A stretch of 64,000 nt of DNA, taken from positions 123,535 to 187,534 of the forward strand of contig CAWEUD010000043.1 in NCBI GenBank assembly GCA_963812115.1. Direction: 5' to 3'. The position numbers and the translations under genes are program-made. Under the pieces are notes generated by a model, which did no database searches, was not told where the DNA came from, and saw nothing but the letters and a program-made list of their open reading frames with translations. Positions 48,765 through 58,886 of this stretch are shown here, in pieces (within the stretch, counting starts at the first letter, position 1; the number at the start of each line of letters is the position of its first letter). This stretch comes from an uncultured Chloroflexia bacterium (GTDB lineage Bacteria > Chloroflexota > Limnocylindria > QHBO01).

Positions 48765-51062
48765 ATGGACGTGACCACAGCCCCCGCGGCCGACGCCGCC
48801 CGGGCCTCCGGCCCCCGGCTGACGCGGCCGCTGCGGGAGCGCGACTTCCGCCTCGTGTTCGCCGGCGAGAGCATTTCGCTGCTGGGGGACCAGTTCCATT
48901 TCGTTGCCCTGGCCTGGCTGACCCTGCAGCTCACGGCCTCGGGCCTGGCGCTTGGCACGGTGCTGACCGTGGCCGCCGTGCCACGCGTCATCTTCATGCT
49001 CGTCGGCGGAGCACTCTCCGACCGGATGTCGCCGCGGACGCTGATGCTTGCTTCGAACGCGATCCGGGCCGCGGTCGTCGGCGTGGTTGCGGCGCTGGTC
49101 CTGACCGGCAACGCGCAGCTCTGGCAGCTGTACATCCTCGCCGGCATCTTCGGCATGGTCGACGCGTTCTTCTACCCGGCCATGAACACCATCGTGCCGA
49201 TGCTGGTTCGGGAGTCGCTCCTCTCTCCGGCCAACGCGCTGATCCAGGCGACGCAGCAGCTGTCCGGCCTGATCGGCCCGGCATTGGCGGGCGTCGTCAT
49301 CGCGGCCGTCGAGACCGGGCCGGCGTTTGCCATCGACGCCGTCTCGTTCGCCGTCGCGGCCGGAGCACTGCTGCTCGTCCGTGGCGGCCGACGCCTCCCC
49401 GCACAGGCCGCCGCCGAGGGCGAGCGATTGCTGGGCACGATCGGTTCCGGCGTCGCCTACGCGTGGCGCGACCCGCCCGTCCGCGCGCTGATCTTGCTGA
49501 CGGCTGCGTTCAACTTCGGGTTCATCGGGCCGATCGGCGTCGGCATTCCGTACCTCGCCGACCAGCGCTTCGGCGGCGGGGCGATCGCGTTCGGCGTGCT
49601 GATGTCCGCATTCGGCGCCGGAGCGCTCTTGGGCGCCATCCTGGCCGGCTCCCTGCGGCACGTCCCGCGGCTGGGCGCAGTGGTCATGGTCGTGGCTGCC
49701 ATCCTGGGCCTGGAGCTCGCGCTGCTCGGCATCGTGCCGAACCTGGCGCTGGCACTCCCGGTGGGCGCGACGATGGGCGTCGGGGTCGGCTTCATCAACG
49801 TCCGGGTCATCTCATGGCTGCAGGCGCGGACGCCGGAAGGCATGCGTGGCCGGGTCATGAGCCTCGCGATGCTCGGCTCGCAGGGCCTCGGCCCGTTCAG
49901 CCTCGTCGTCGCGGGTCTGCTCATCGAATTCGGGGCGGTCTCGGTCATGTTCGCGGTGGCCGGATCGATCATCGTCCTGGCTGTGCTGGCGGGAGTTCGT
50001 CATGGGGGTACCCGCGCAGATGCGCGACGAGGCAGCGTCATGACCGCGCTCGCGATCGAGGCCCGGGGACTGGTCAAGGAGTTCGAGCGCGGACGTCGCA
50101 CGACCTGGCAGCGGCTGCGCCGCAAGCCCGACCGCCGGGAGCGGTTCCGCGCCGTCGACGGCGTCGACCTGGAGGTGGCGCAGGGCGAGATCTTCGGCGT
50201 GCTGGGGCCGAACGGCGCTGGCAAGACGACGACCATGAAGATGCTGGCGACGCTCCTCGAGCCAACGGCGGGGAGCGCCCGAGTCCTCGGCCTCGACGTC
50301 GTCACCCAGGCGCGCGACGTTCGGCGCCGCATGGGGGCCGTCCTCTCCGACGGGCGCAGCCTCTACTGGAAGCTGACCGCCCGGGAGAACCTGGAGTACT
50401 TCGCCGCGCTGTACCACGTGCCGCCGGCAGAGGCCCGGGGACGCATCGACGGCGCGCTGCGCGCCGTCCGCCTGGAGGATCGCGACGAGGACTACGTGGA
50501 GCGCTTCAGCACCGGCATGCGCCAGCGGCTGGTGCTCGCCCGCGCCCTGCTCCCCGACCCGGAGCTGCTGCTGCTGGACGAGCCGACGGTCGGCCTGGAC
50601 CCACAGTCGGCGCGCGACCTTCGGGACCGCGTGCGCGAGCTGAAGGCGCAGGGACGGACGGTCCTGCTCACCACGCACTACATGGAGGAGGCCGATCAGC
50701 TCTGCGACCGGATCGCGATCGTCGACCACGGGCGCGTCGTGGCGCTGGACACGCCGGCGCGCCTGAAGCAGACGGTGGGCGCCACCGAGGTGGTGCGCCT
50801 GGAGGTCTCGCCCCTCGGGGACGGCACCTTGAACGGGCAGCTCGTTTCGCGCCTGGCGGGCGCGGGCCAGGTCGTCCAGCAGGAGCTCGGGACCGATGGA
50901 CGCCTCAGCATCACGGTCCACTGCCGCAGCGCCCGCGACTTCGTGCCGGCCGCCTTCGACGCGGCGCGCGCGGAAGCGGCGCGCATCGACCACGTCGAGG
51001 TGGTCCCGGTCACGCTGGAGGACGTCTTCATCTCGCTCACCGGCCGGGGGCTGCGAGAGTGA
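48765..51062 (+). CDS. MFS transporter (425 aa, DHA3/EntS-like) fused in frame, with no stop, to an ABC transporter ATP-binding domain (ATG at 50040)
   Basis: 12 to 14 TM MFS portion, then MTALAIEARGLVKEF…GPNGAGKTTT (Walker A), FSTGMRQRL (signature), LLLDEPTVGLD (Walker B). An ATGA lies at the junction in the +1 frame, so the fusion may be an artefact of an upstream indel. Confidence 0.7.
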   Translation: MDVTTAPAADAARASGPRLTRPLRERDFRLVFAGESISLLGDQFHFVALAWLTLQLTASGLALGTVLTVAAVPRVIFMLVGGALSDRMSPRTLMLASNAIRAAVVGVVAALVLTGNAQLWQLYILAGIFGMVDAFFYPAMNTIVPMLVRESLLSPANALIQATQQLSGLIGPALAGVVIAAVETGPAFAIDAVSFAVAAGALLLVRGGRRLPAQAAAEGERLLGTIGSGVAYAWRDPPVRALILLTAAFNFGFIGPIGVGIPYLADQRFGGGAIAFGVLMSAFGAGALLGAILAGSLRHVPRLGAVVMVVAAILGLELALLGIVPNLALALPVGATMGVGVGFINVRVISWLQARTPEGMRGRVMSLAMLGSQGLGPFSLVVAGLLIEFGAVSVMFAVAGSIIVLAVLAGVRHGGTRADARRGSVMTALAIEARGLVKEFERGRRTTWQRLRRKPDRRERFRAVDGVDLEVAQGEIFGVLGPNGAGKTTTMKMLATLLEPTAGSARVLGLDVVTQARDVRRRMGAVLSDGRSLYWKLTARENLEYFAALYHVPPAEARGRIDGALRAVRLEDRDEDYVERFSTGMRQRLVLARALLPDPELLLLDEPTVGLDPQSARDLRDRVRELKAQGRTVLLTTHYMEEADQLCDRIAIVDHGRVVALDTPARLKQTVGATEVVRLEVSPLGDGTLNGQLVSRLAGAGQVVQQELGTDGRLSITVHCRSARDFVPAAFDAARAEAARIDHVEVVPVTLEDVFISLTGRGLRE

Positions 51063-51903
51063 GCGGATCGGTCATCCTCGGCGACCTGCGCGCATTCGGC
51101 GCGGCGGCGATGAAGGAGTGGCGCCTCCTGCGCCGCTACCCGACCATGTTCATCGGGTTCCTGTTCTGGCCGATCGCGCTGCCGCTCTTCTACGTCATGC
51201 AGGCGCGCGGCTACGCGGGCGACAGCCAGGCCGCCATGGACGCGTTCGCCCAGCGCTCGGGGACGGTCGAGGTGGCCGGATTCCTGTTCCTGGGCTGGGC
51301 GGCCTACATGTGGATCAGCATGATCCTGTGGGGCCCGGGCACGGCGCTGCGCACCGAGCAGGTGCGCGGCTCGCTCGAGGCGCTCTTCATGACGCCCGTC
51401 TCGCGGCTGGTGATCCTCTTCGGGCCGATGGTCAGCCAGATCGTCTGGGCGCTCTGGATGTACGCGATGGTGGGCGGCACGATCACCCTCGTCTTCGGCG
51501 TGGAGGTCGGCCTCGCGGCAGCGCTGCGCGCCGTTGTCGTGATCGCCGTGGCCGTTCCCGCCCTGTACGGGCTCGGAGCGCTCTTCGCCGCGGTCGTGCT
51601 GCGCTTCGGCGAGGTGAGCGCGCTGGTGCAGGGCGTGCGCGGCATCTTCACCGTCTTCTGCGGCATGAGCTTCCCGATCATCGTCCTGCCCGAGTGGGGC
51701 CGGGCGGTGGCGCTGGCCCTGCCGCCCACCTACCTGATCGCCGACCTGCGGCGCGTGCTGCTGACCGGGGCCGACCTCGGCACGCTGCTCCCGGACCTGG
51801 CCGTGCTGCTGGCCTGGGCCTGGCCCTCTGCGCGCTGGCGGTCGTCGCCTTCCGCCGGACCGAGCGCTACGCCCGCCGCGGCGGCAGCCTGGCGCAGTAC
51901 TGA
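51059..51903 (+). CDS. ABC-2 type transporter permease, with one frameshift near 51830
   Basis: The GTG start overlaps the ATPase stop (GTGA). The TM-rich protein switches frames within its last 25 codons (…AWAW / GLGLALCALAVVAFRRTERYARRGGSLAQY). Confidence 0.75.
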
Positions 51904-51908
51904 AGCCG

Positions 51909-52735
51909 ATGAACGCCGAGCTGCGCGCCGCCCTGGCGATCGCGCGCAAGGAGCTGCAGATGGCCCGGCGCTACCCGCTGCAGCTGGTCAACGAGGTGCT
52001 CCAGCCGCTCTACCAGTTCCTGCTGCCCAGCCTGCTGCTGGGGGCCAGCCTTCCTGGTCGGCGGCCGCGCCATCGGCCTCGAGTCGGTCACCGGAACGGA
52101 CGACCTGGCCGGCTACCTGTTCCTCGGCATCGTGGTGAGCGGCCTGGTGGCGACGGCCTTCTGGGAGATGGCGTTCGGCCTGAAGCGCGAGATGGACGCC
52201 GGGACGCTGGAGCCGGCCTGGCTGACCCCCACGCGCCCGGAGACGCTGGTGCTGGGGCGTGCCATCTCCGGCCTGGCGGTCGCCAGCCTGGCCGGAGCCG
52301 TGCTGGTCATCATCGGCCTGACGGTCTTCGGTGCGACGGTCTCACCGGCCGTGCTGCTGGCGCTGCCCGCCCTGGTGCTGGCGCGTCTCAGCATGGTGGG
52401 CATCGGCTTCCTCGTCGCCTCGTCGGTGCTGCTGATCCGCGAGCCGAACTTCTTCGTGGACGCCACCAACTTCATGTTCTCCTCCGTGTCGGGCGTGGCC
52501 TTCCCGGTCGTCGTGCTGCCGGCGCTGCTGCAGCCGATCGCCTACCTGCTGCCCGACTACCTACGCGGTCGACCTGCTGCGGGTCTACGCCATGGGGACG
52601 CGGCCGCTGCTCGACGCCGCGCTCGAGTGGCTCGTGCTGGCCGTGATGCCCGCGCTGCTCATCTGGCTGGGCCGCGCGGTCTTCCTGCGCACCGAGCACC
52701 GGATGCGCGTTCGCGGCACGCTCGGCCAGCACTGA
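51909..52735 (+). CDS. ABC-2 type transporter permease, with two frameshifts (near 52050 and near 52560)
   Basis: MNAELRAALAIARKELQMARRYPLQLVNEV… continues in a second frame (…FLVGGRAIGLESVTGTDDLAGYLFLGIVVSGL…) and a third (…AVDLLRVYAMGTRPLLDAALEWLVLAV…). Confidence 0.7.
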
Positions 52736-53028
52736 CGACGGCGCCGACGACCGCCGGCGAGACGGCAGACAGCGGGTCGCGGCGGATGGTTGAATAGGCG
52801 GCCGAATGCCAAACGAACCACCGCGCCGCCCACGGGGGACCGAGGAGCGCCGCGTCGATCCCCTGCTGGAGGTCCGCGAGAAGCGGCGCGGCAAGCGCCC
52901 CGGCGACTCGTACGTCCGCATCGTTCGGCCCTTCGAGGACGAGTTCGAGCGATCCGATGAAGGGACGCTGATCGCATCGGAGAAGACGATCCTCGACCGC
53001 AGCGGATGGACCGCGGGCGCTGCGCGGC

Positions 53029-54887
53029 ATGCGCACCGCGCTCATCGGCCGGCCGATCTCGTCGGAGCGCGAGGAGCACGAGCGCCTCACCAAGCTGAAG
53101 GCCATGGCGGTCTTCTCCAGCGACAACATCAGCTCCAGTCCGCCTACGGCCCCGAGGAGATCATGCGCGTGCTGGCCCTGACCGGGGACGGCGGCCCTCA
53201 TCGCTGACCGTCCCGCTGGCGGCGCTCATCATCGTGATGCTGGCGATCGTCTCGCTCTCCTACCGCCAGACGATCAAGGCCTACCCCAACGGCGCCAGCA
53301 GCTACATCGTCGCCGGCGACAACCTGGGCGACGACGCCGGCATCCTGGCCGCATCGGCGCTGCTCATCGGTTACGTGGTGACGGTGGCGGTCTCCGTTTC
53401 GGCCGGCGTGGCGGCCATGACCTCGATCATCCCGGAGCTGTTCGACTACCGCGTCTACATCTCCGTGGCCGCGGTGGCGCTGCTCATGCTCGGCAACCTG
53501 CGCGGCATCCGCGAGTCGGGGACGATCTTCATGGCGCCCACCTACCTCTACATCACGGTGATGCTGGGGATCGTGGTGCTCGGATTCGGCCGCATGCTCT
53601 TCGGCGGCGGCCTGCCCCAGTACGACGGTCCCGCCGGCTGGAGCGAGCAGCTGGAGAGCGCCGGCGCGGCGCTCGGGCTCTTCCTGGTCCTGCGCGCCTT
53701 CTCGCAGGGCGCGGTGGCCCTGACCGGCGTGGAGGCGATCTCGGACGGCGTTCCGGCATTCAAGCCACCCGAGTGGCAGAACGCGCGCACCACGCTGACC
53801 TGGGCGGCGGCGATCTTCGGCATCATGTTCCTGGGCATCGCCGTGCTGGCCACGGCTTCCGGCATCGTCCCCGACCCCGACGAGCAGCAGACCGTGCTCT
53901 CCATGCTGGTTCGGCAACATCGCCGGATCGGGCTCGATCCTGATCCTGGCCCAGGTGGCCACGGCGCTGATCCTGGTGCTGGCCGCCAACACCAGCTTCG
54001 CCGACTTCCCGCGCCTCTCGTCCTTCCTGGCGCGCGACGGCTTCCTGCCGCGCCAGTTCGCCTTCCGCGGCGAGCGCCTGGCCTTCACCACCGGGATCGT
54101 GGCCCTCTCCGGCCTGGCGATCGCCTGCTGATCGTCGTCTTCCAGGCGAGCGTCTCCGGCCTGATCCCGCTCTACACGCTGGGCGTCTTCATCGCCTTCA
54201 CGCTGTCGCAGGGCGGCATGCTGATGCGCTGGTATCCGGCGGCGCGAGCGGGGATGGCGGCAGGGGCATGGCGATCAACGGCCTGGGCGCGCTCACCACG
54301 TTCGTGGTGATGCTGGTGGTCGGCTCATCCAACTTCTTCGCAGGGCGCCTGGCTGGTGGTGCTCCTGGTGCCGATGATGATGGCTGCTGCTCTCCGCCAT
54401 CCGGCGTCACTACCGCAGCCTGGAGCGGCAGCTCGAGCTCGACCGCATCCCCGAGGGCCGCGAGATAGCCGCCGAGCCGCTGGTGATCGTGCCGATCGCG
54501 CGGCTCGACCGCACGGCGCGCCAGGCGATCGCCTTCGCCAACTCGATCAGCGACCACGCCACGGCGGTCCACATCACCAACGACCCCGATTCGGCCAGCG
54601 AGCTGCGGGCGCGCTGGCCGGAGTGGGCCGGCAAGACGGAGCTGGTGGTGGTCGAGTCGCCGTATCGCGCCCTGGTCGGACCGCTGCTGCGCTACATGGA
54701 CGCGCTGCAGGCGCAGGATCCCGACCGCCCGGTGGTGGTGGTCCTCTCCGAGGTGGTGCCGCGGCACTGGTGGGAGAACCTGCTGCACAACCAGACCGCG
54801 CTGCGGCTCAAGCTGCGCCTCTTCAGCCGCCCGAACACCATCGTGGCCGACGTCCCCTACCACGTCGCAAAGGCCGCCGAAGGCTGA
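53029..54887 (+). pseudogene. APC-family permease of the KimA/YdaO type (N-terminal LIGRPISSEREEHERLTKLKAMAVFSSD motif, C-terminal cytoplasmic domain), broken by at least five frameshifts
   Basis: Start MRTALIGRP at 53029 in frame 1. The TM core is in ORF 53234..54310 (frame 2), and the C-terminal domain is in ORF 54483..54887. Confidence 0.7.
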
Positions 54888-54892
54888 GCGCG

Positions 54893-56132
54893 CTAGGCGA
54901 CGAACTCCAGCACGTTGATGGCGTAGATGCCGTAGGCGTGGACGACCACGCCGATGACCACCGCCGCCACCAGCCAGCCCGATGCACGCTCGCGGTAGGC
55001 CCAGCCAAGCAGGAGCATGATCACCGGCATGGCGTCCAGCGCGAAGCGGTAGCCGAACTGGGCGAAGCCCCACGAGCCGTGCATCACGTCGGGCAGCAGG
55101 ATCAGACCCGACGCTGGCCATGCGCCACGGGCACCAGCGGCTCGCGATCGCGGACGCGCCAGGCGGCCGCGGCCCAGAACAGGAACGGCGCTGACAGGGT
55201 GAACGACAGGCCGGTGATGTTCGGCCGCAGGAAGGGCGCCGCATCGACCCAATCGAAGCTCTGCAGCAGGATCGCGTACAGGTGGCGCGGGATGTAGAGC
55301 GGCGAGACGAGGCCGTGGCTGAACCACGGCTCATCGGTCACCACGCCGGACTCGCCCGACGGGATGCGGGCGTAGCCGAAGTCGAACGGCGAGCCGAAGC
55401 GGGCCAGGTTGTACCAGGCCAGCACCAGCGCCGGCAGGGCCAGGCCGGCGAGCAGCACAGCTGCGCGCGCGTCGGGCGACGCCAACCGTCGGCGTAGAAC
55501 GCCAGCAGGAGCGGCAGGGCCAGGCCGGTCGGCAGCCGGGAGCCGGCGGCCAGCCCCAGCAGGAGCCCGGCGGCCGCGGGCCAGCGGCGGCTGAGCGCGA
55601 CGTGCAGCGCCAGCAGCAGGAAGAAGACCGCCACCGTCTGCGCGAACAGGTGCGTCCCCGCCATGCCGGCGACCCACCAGTGCGTGGTGAAGGCAAAGCC
55701 AATGGTCAACAGCTGCCGCGCGCGGAACTCGACGCCGATGCGGCCGAGCAGCCAGAAGACGAGGGCGACGTTCGCCGCGCCGATGACCGCCGATGTCGCA
55801 TTCGAAGCCACCTCGCCAGCTCCGAGGAGGTTGGCCAGCGCGACGGCCGGCATGAGCAGGACGGCGGGCACCGGCGGGAAGGGCGAGTACTGCCCGCCGT
55901 CCGGCGCGGGGATCAGCTCCAGCCACGGACGATCGACCGGGATCGAGAGGCGGCCGTGCAGGAAGGCGTCGGCCAGCGGCACGAACGAGTCGCCTCCCGC
56001 AGTGGTGGGGCCGGTGAGCCAGTAGCTGATGAACGCCAACGCGGTGAGGACCGCGCCGGCGACCAGTTCCGGGGTCAGGCGGTCGGCAAACGTGCGCGGC
56101 AGAGGCGTATCGGCGACGGCTCCGGTGCTCAC
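54893..56132 (-). pseudogene. GT39/PMT-ArnT-like integral-membrane glycosyltransferase, with two frameshifts
   Basis: Three overlapping minus-strand ORFs (55338..56132, 55102..55926, 54893..55327) together encode a protein with about 11 TM helices and an N-terminal DxD-less loop typical of GT-C enzymes. Confidence 0.55.
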
Positions 56133-56195
56133 CGGCCGGCCGGGTGCACGGGCTCGGTCATGCGGTCTCGCATGATACGTGGCGGTTGTGGTCGC

Positions 56196-56696
56196 CTACT
56201 CGGTGATCGGCTCCAGCCGGAAGTAGTCTCCCTCCGCCAGGATGTGGCGGCGGGCAGCGCGATACAACAGGTTGCCGGGGAACGGCTGCTGCGTCCCGGT
56301 GACCAGGATCGCGGCGTCCCGCTCCGGCCCGGGTCCCAGCCGCATCGCCTGTAGGGAGATCCGGTCACCCGGCCGCCGCTCGACCACTGCCTCACCCGCG
56401 GCCGCCAGGTTCTTCGTCCACGCGGTCCGGCCGTTGGGATGCCCCACGTACCAGTGCCCGTCGACGGTGAGCATACCGGCGAGGATGGGCCTTGGCTTCC
56501 CGCTGCGCCGGCCCCGAATGTGGATGCGGGCCGTGATCCCCAGCCAGCCCATCCGCCAGAAGGGCCGGATCAGCGGGTCGAGGCGCGCGAGAAGCCAGTA
56601 GACGCCGCGAAGGACGAGGTGCCAGAAGCGGGATCGGCGGCGGCGCGATCCGTCACACGGCTTCATGCCGCGGGTCTCCTGCATCTCCTGCGCCAA
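56196..56696 (-). CDS. Nitroreductase-family deazaflavin (F420)-dependent oxidoreductase-like protein (DUF385, Ddn-like)
   Basis: …ITARIHIRGRRSGKPRPILAGMLTVDGHWYVGHPNGRTAWTKNLAAAGEAVVE matches the DUF385/Ddn split-barrel core. Confidence 0.6.
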   Translation of the reverse strand: MAQEMQETRGMKPCDGSRRRRSRFWHLVLRGVYWLLARLDPLIRPFWRMGWLGITARIHIRGRRSGKPRPILAGMLTVDGHWYVGHPNGRTAWTKNLAAAGEAVVERRPGDRISLQAMRLGPGPERDAAILVTGTQQPFPGNLLYRAARRHILAEGDYFRLEPITE

Positions 56697-56775
56697 CGGT
56701 CCGGGCAGCGGTGCTCACTCCATCCGCCGCGTGACCTCTCCCCGCGAAGAGCGCTGCTCCGACAACACGGGGTAA

Positions 56776-56851
56776 TGGCGCGCCTGGCAGGAGTCGAACC
56801 CGCAACCTTCTGATCCGAAGTCAGATGCTCTATCCATTGAGCTACAGGCGC
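56776..56851 (-). tRNA. tRNA-Arg (anticodon TCG)
   Basis: Reverse complement GCGCCTGTAGCTCAATGGATAGAGCATCTGACTTCGGATCAGAAGGTTGCGGGTTCGACTCCTGCCAGGCGCGCCA: 7-bp acceptor stem, anticodon loop CTTCGGA, encoded CCA. Confidence 0.8.
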
Positions 56852-56919
56852 ACGACCGGTCGCGTCAGGCGACCCCGGCAGGCATTCTAGCCGCCGTCGA
56901 ACGCACGAGCGACCGCTGC

Positions 56920-57747
56920 TCAGGACGAGGTGGCGCGCTCCGCGACGGGAATGGCGTCGGCGGGGCCGGAATCGCTGGCGGCACCGGCGTCCCGCAACAG
57001 CAGGCGGGAGATATGCCACAGACGTCCGTCGCGCTGCAGAATCTCGGCCTCCGCAGACGCCGTGAAGTGGCTGCCGTCGGCCGCACGCAGCATCACGTCA
57101 CCATTCCAGCGGCCGTCCGCGAGATAGCGGTTCCACGTGGCCTCCGTCCATTCCACCGCGTGAGCCACGATGTCGGCCACCCGCAGCGAGCGAAGCTCCT
57201 GTGCCTCGAGCCCCAGGAGACGCAGCGCGGCGCGCGACGCATCCAGCAGTCGGGATTCCTCGTCCGCCACCAGAACCAGATCGCCGTCGCCCCAGAGCGG
57301 CGCCGGGCGCCGCTCCAGCAATCGCGCCACCGCCTGCTCCAGGTCCTCGATGCCGAACGGTATCTCGAGTGCCGCGAGCAGGGCATCCGACTCGATCGCT
57401 TCGGCTTCGCCTCGCAACGCCTGCAGGTCGGCGGAGCAGATCAGCAGCGGGACCTGCTGGAGCAGCGGATCTGAGCGCACGGGTGCCAGCCACTGCCAGC
57501 CTTCCGGGTCGCGGCCACCGCCCTGGAGTCCCAGGTCGAGGACAATCACGTCCGGCCGCGTCTCGGCGATGGCGCTCGCCTCCAGGCCGTCGCCGGAGAG
57601 CGCGGTGACCTCGTACCCCGCCAGCTGCAGGATCTCGGTGACCACCGATCGCAGATCGACATGTCCCTCCACCAGCGTGATACGGGCCGATGTGCGAGTT
57701 GAAACGTCACCTTCCACGGCAACCTCCGCTGAGCCGTCGCGAGACAT
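56920..57747 (-). CDS. Response-regulator receiver domain protein with a C-terminal PAS domain (no DNA-binding output)
   Basis: REC-like region (…PDVIVLDLGL…LLICSAD…) followed by a PAS-like fold (…LVLVADEESRLLDASRAALRLLGLEAQEL…NGDVMLRAADGSHF…). Confidence 0.6.
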   Translation of the reverse strand: MSRDGSAEVAVEGDVSTRTSARITLVEGHVDLRSVVTEILQLAGYEVTALSGDGLEASAIAETRPDVIVLDLGLQGGGRDPEGWQWLAPVRSDPLLQQVPLLICSADLQALRGEAEAIESDALLAALEIPFGIEDLEQAVARLLERRPAPLWGDGDLVLVADEESRLLDASRAALRLLGLEAQELRSLRVADIVAHAVEWTEATWNRYLADGRWNGDVMLRAADGSHFTASAEAEILQRDGRLWHISRLLLRDAGAASDSGPADAIPVAERATSS

Positions 57748-57767
57748 GCAAGGACGCTACCCTGTTT

Positions 57768-57804
57768 CACCATATGTCTTCCGTCATACATCTTACATAT
57801 GGTG
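57768..57804. promoter_or_regulatory. Perfect 9-bp inverted repeat CACCATATG-N19-CATATGGTG in the divergent intergenic region between the REC-PAS and Crp/Fnr genes
   Basis: Read directly from the sequence. It occupies most of the 77-bp intergenic spacer. Confidence 0.4.
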
Positions 57805-57824
57805 CCAGGTGGTAGGGTTATTGC

Positions 57825-58559
57825 GTGGCTGTCCTGTCGCGCGATATCCGACACAACGTCATCCTGTCCGCCCTCCCGGAGCACGAGTTCTCGCGGGTTG
57901 CGGCAGACCTTCAGCCCGTGAGCCTGGAGCGCGGCTCCGTCCTGGAGCGCGAGGACTCCGAGATCGACTACGTCTACTTCCCCGTCACGGGCATCGCCTC
58001 CCTGCTGGCGGTGAGCCCCGACGGCGAATCGGTCGACACGACCATGGTCGGGCGGGAGGGGATGACCGGCCTGGCCGTCTTCCTGGGCACCGGGCAGATG
58101 CCGGTTCGCACCATCGTCCAGGTGTCGATGACCGGCGCACGCCTTCCCGCGGCGGCGCTCCGTGCAGAGCTGGAGCACGCGGGCAAGCTCCTGAGCCTGC
58201 TGCAGCGCTACACCCAAGTGGTGATGGTGAGCATGGCGCAGCTCATCCTCTGCAACCGGGCGCATCCACTCGACCAGCGCGCGGCGCGCTGGTTGCTGCA
58301 GGCTCACGAACGCGTCGAGGAGAGCCCGTTCGGCGTGACCCAGGAGTTCCTGGCGGAGATGATCGGCGTGCAGCGACCATCGCTCTCGGTGATCGTGCGT
58401 CAGTTCAAGGATGCGGGGCTGATCACCTACTCTCGCGGAAGCGTCCGCATCCTCGACGCCAAAGGGCTGCTGAACCGGGCGTGCAGCTGCATCACGGTCA
58501 TCCATGAGGAGGAACGGCGGCTCAAGGAGACGGCGGAGCACTACCGCCTGGGAACCTGA
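57825..58559 (+). CDS. Crp/Fnr family transcriptional regulator
   Basis: cNMP-binding beta-barrel plus a C-terminal HTH (…EFLAEMIGVQRPSLSVIVRQFKDAGLI…). Confidence 0.8.
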   Translation: MAVLSRDIRHNVILSALPEHEFSRVAADLQPVSLERGSVLEREDSEIDYVYFPVTGIASLLAVSPDGESVDTTMVGREGMTGLAVFLGTGQMPVRTIVQVSMTGARLPAAALRAELEHAGKLLSLLQRYTQVVMVSMAQLILCNRAHPLDQRAARWLLQAHERVEESPFGVTQEFLAEMIGVQRPSLSVIVRQFKDAGLITYSRGSVRILDAKGLLNRACSCITVIHEEERRLKETAEHYRLGT

Positions 58560-58594
58560 CCGCCCCCAGGGCGGCCCCATGGGAAACGCGCGGG

Positions 58595-58774
58595 CTAGTC
58601 GCGACCTGTGGACGGGCGGCTGACTGCCGGCTCAGTTCGCGAAACAAGGGCGGCCAAGCCCACGCCGAGTGCGATCAGCAGCACCCCCGCAAGATCCTGG
58701 GTGGAGGCGACGACGACCGTCAGGCCCAAGGCGGAGATGGCGAATCCGGCGATCAGTCCGAGCGCAGCACGCAT
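58595..58774 (-). CDS. Hypothetical small membrane protein (two TM helices); only the internal ATG version is credible
   Basis: MRAALGLIAGFAISALGLTVVVASTQDLAGVLLIALGVGLAALV. The upstream part of ORF ..58939 is Arg/Trp-rich and overlaps the PPC gene. Confidence 0.3.
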   Translation of the reverse strand: MRAALGLIAGFAISALGLTVVVASTQDLAGVLLIALGVGLAALVSRTEPAVSRPSTGRD

Positions 58775-58886
58775 GATGCCCTCCCGAGCGGTCCACCGGC
58801 GGCAGCTCGCCGGCTGAGCAACCATCGTGCGATGCCGGTTGGGCGTTGGGCGAGTGGCCCGATAGGGCCACCCGGCCCCGTACCAA

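Noticed and set aside
57757-57820. Apparent outer extension (gctaccc … ggtaggg) of the 9-bp palindrome in the Crp intergenic region
   Set aside because: On checking, the outer segments are complementary in the same orientation, not reverse complements. Only the 9-bp arms form a true inverted repeat.
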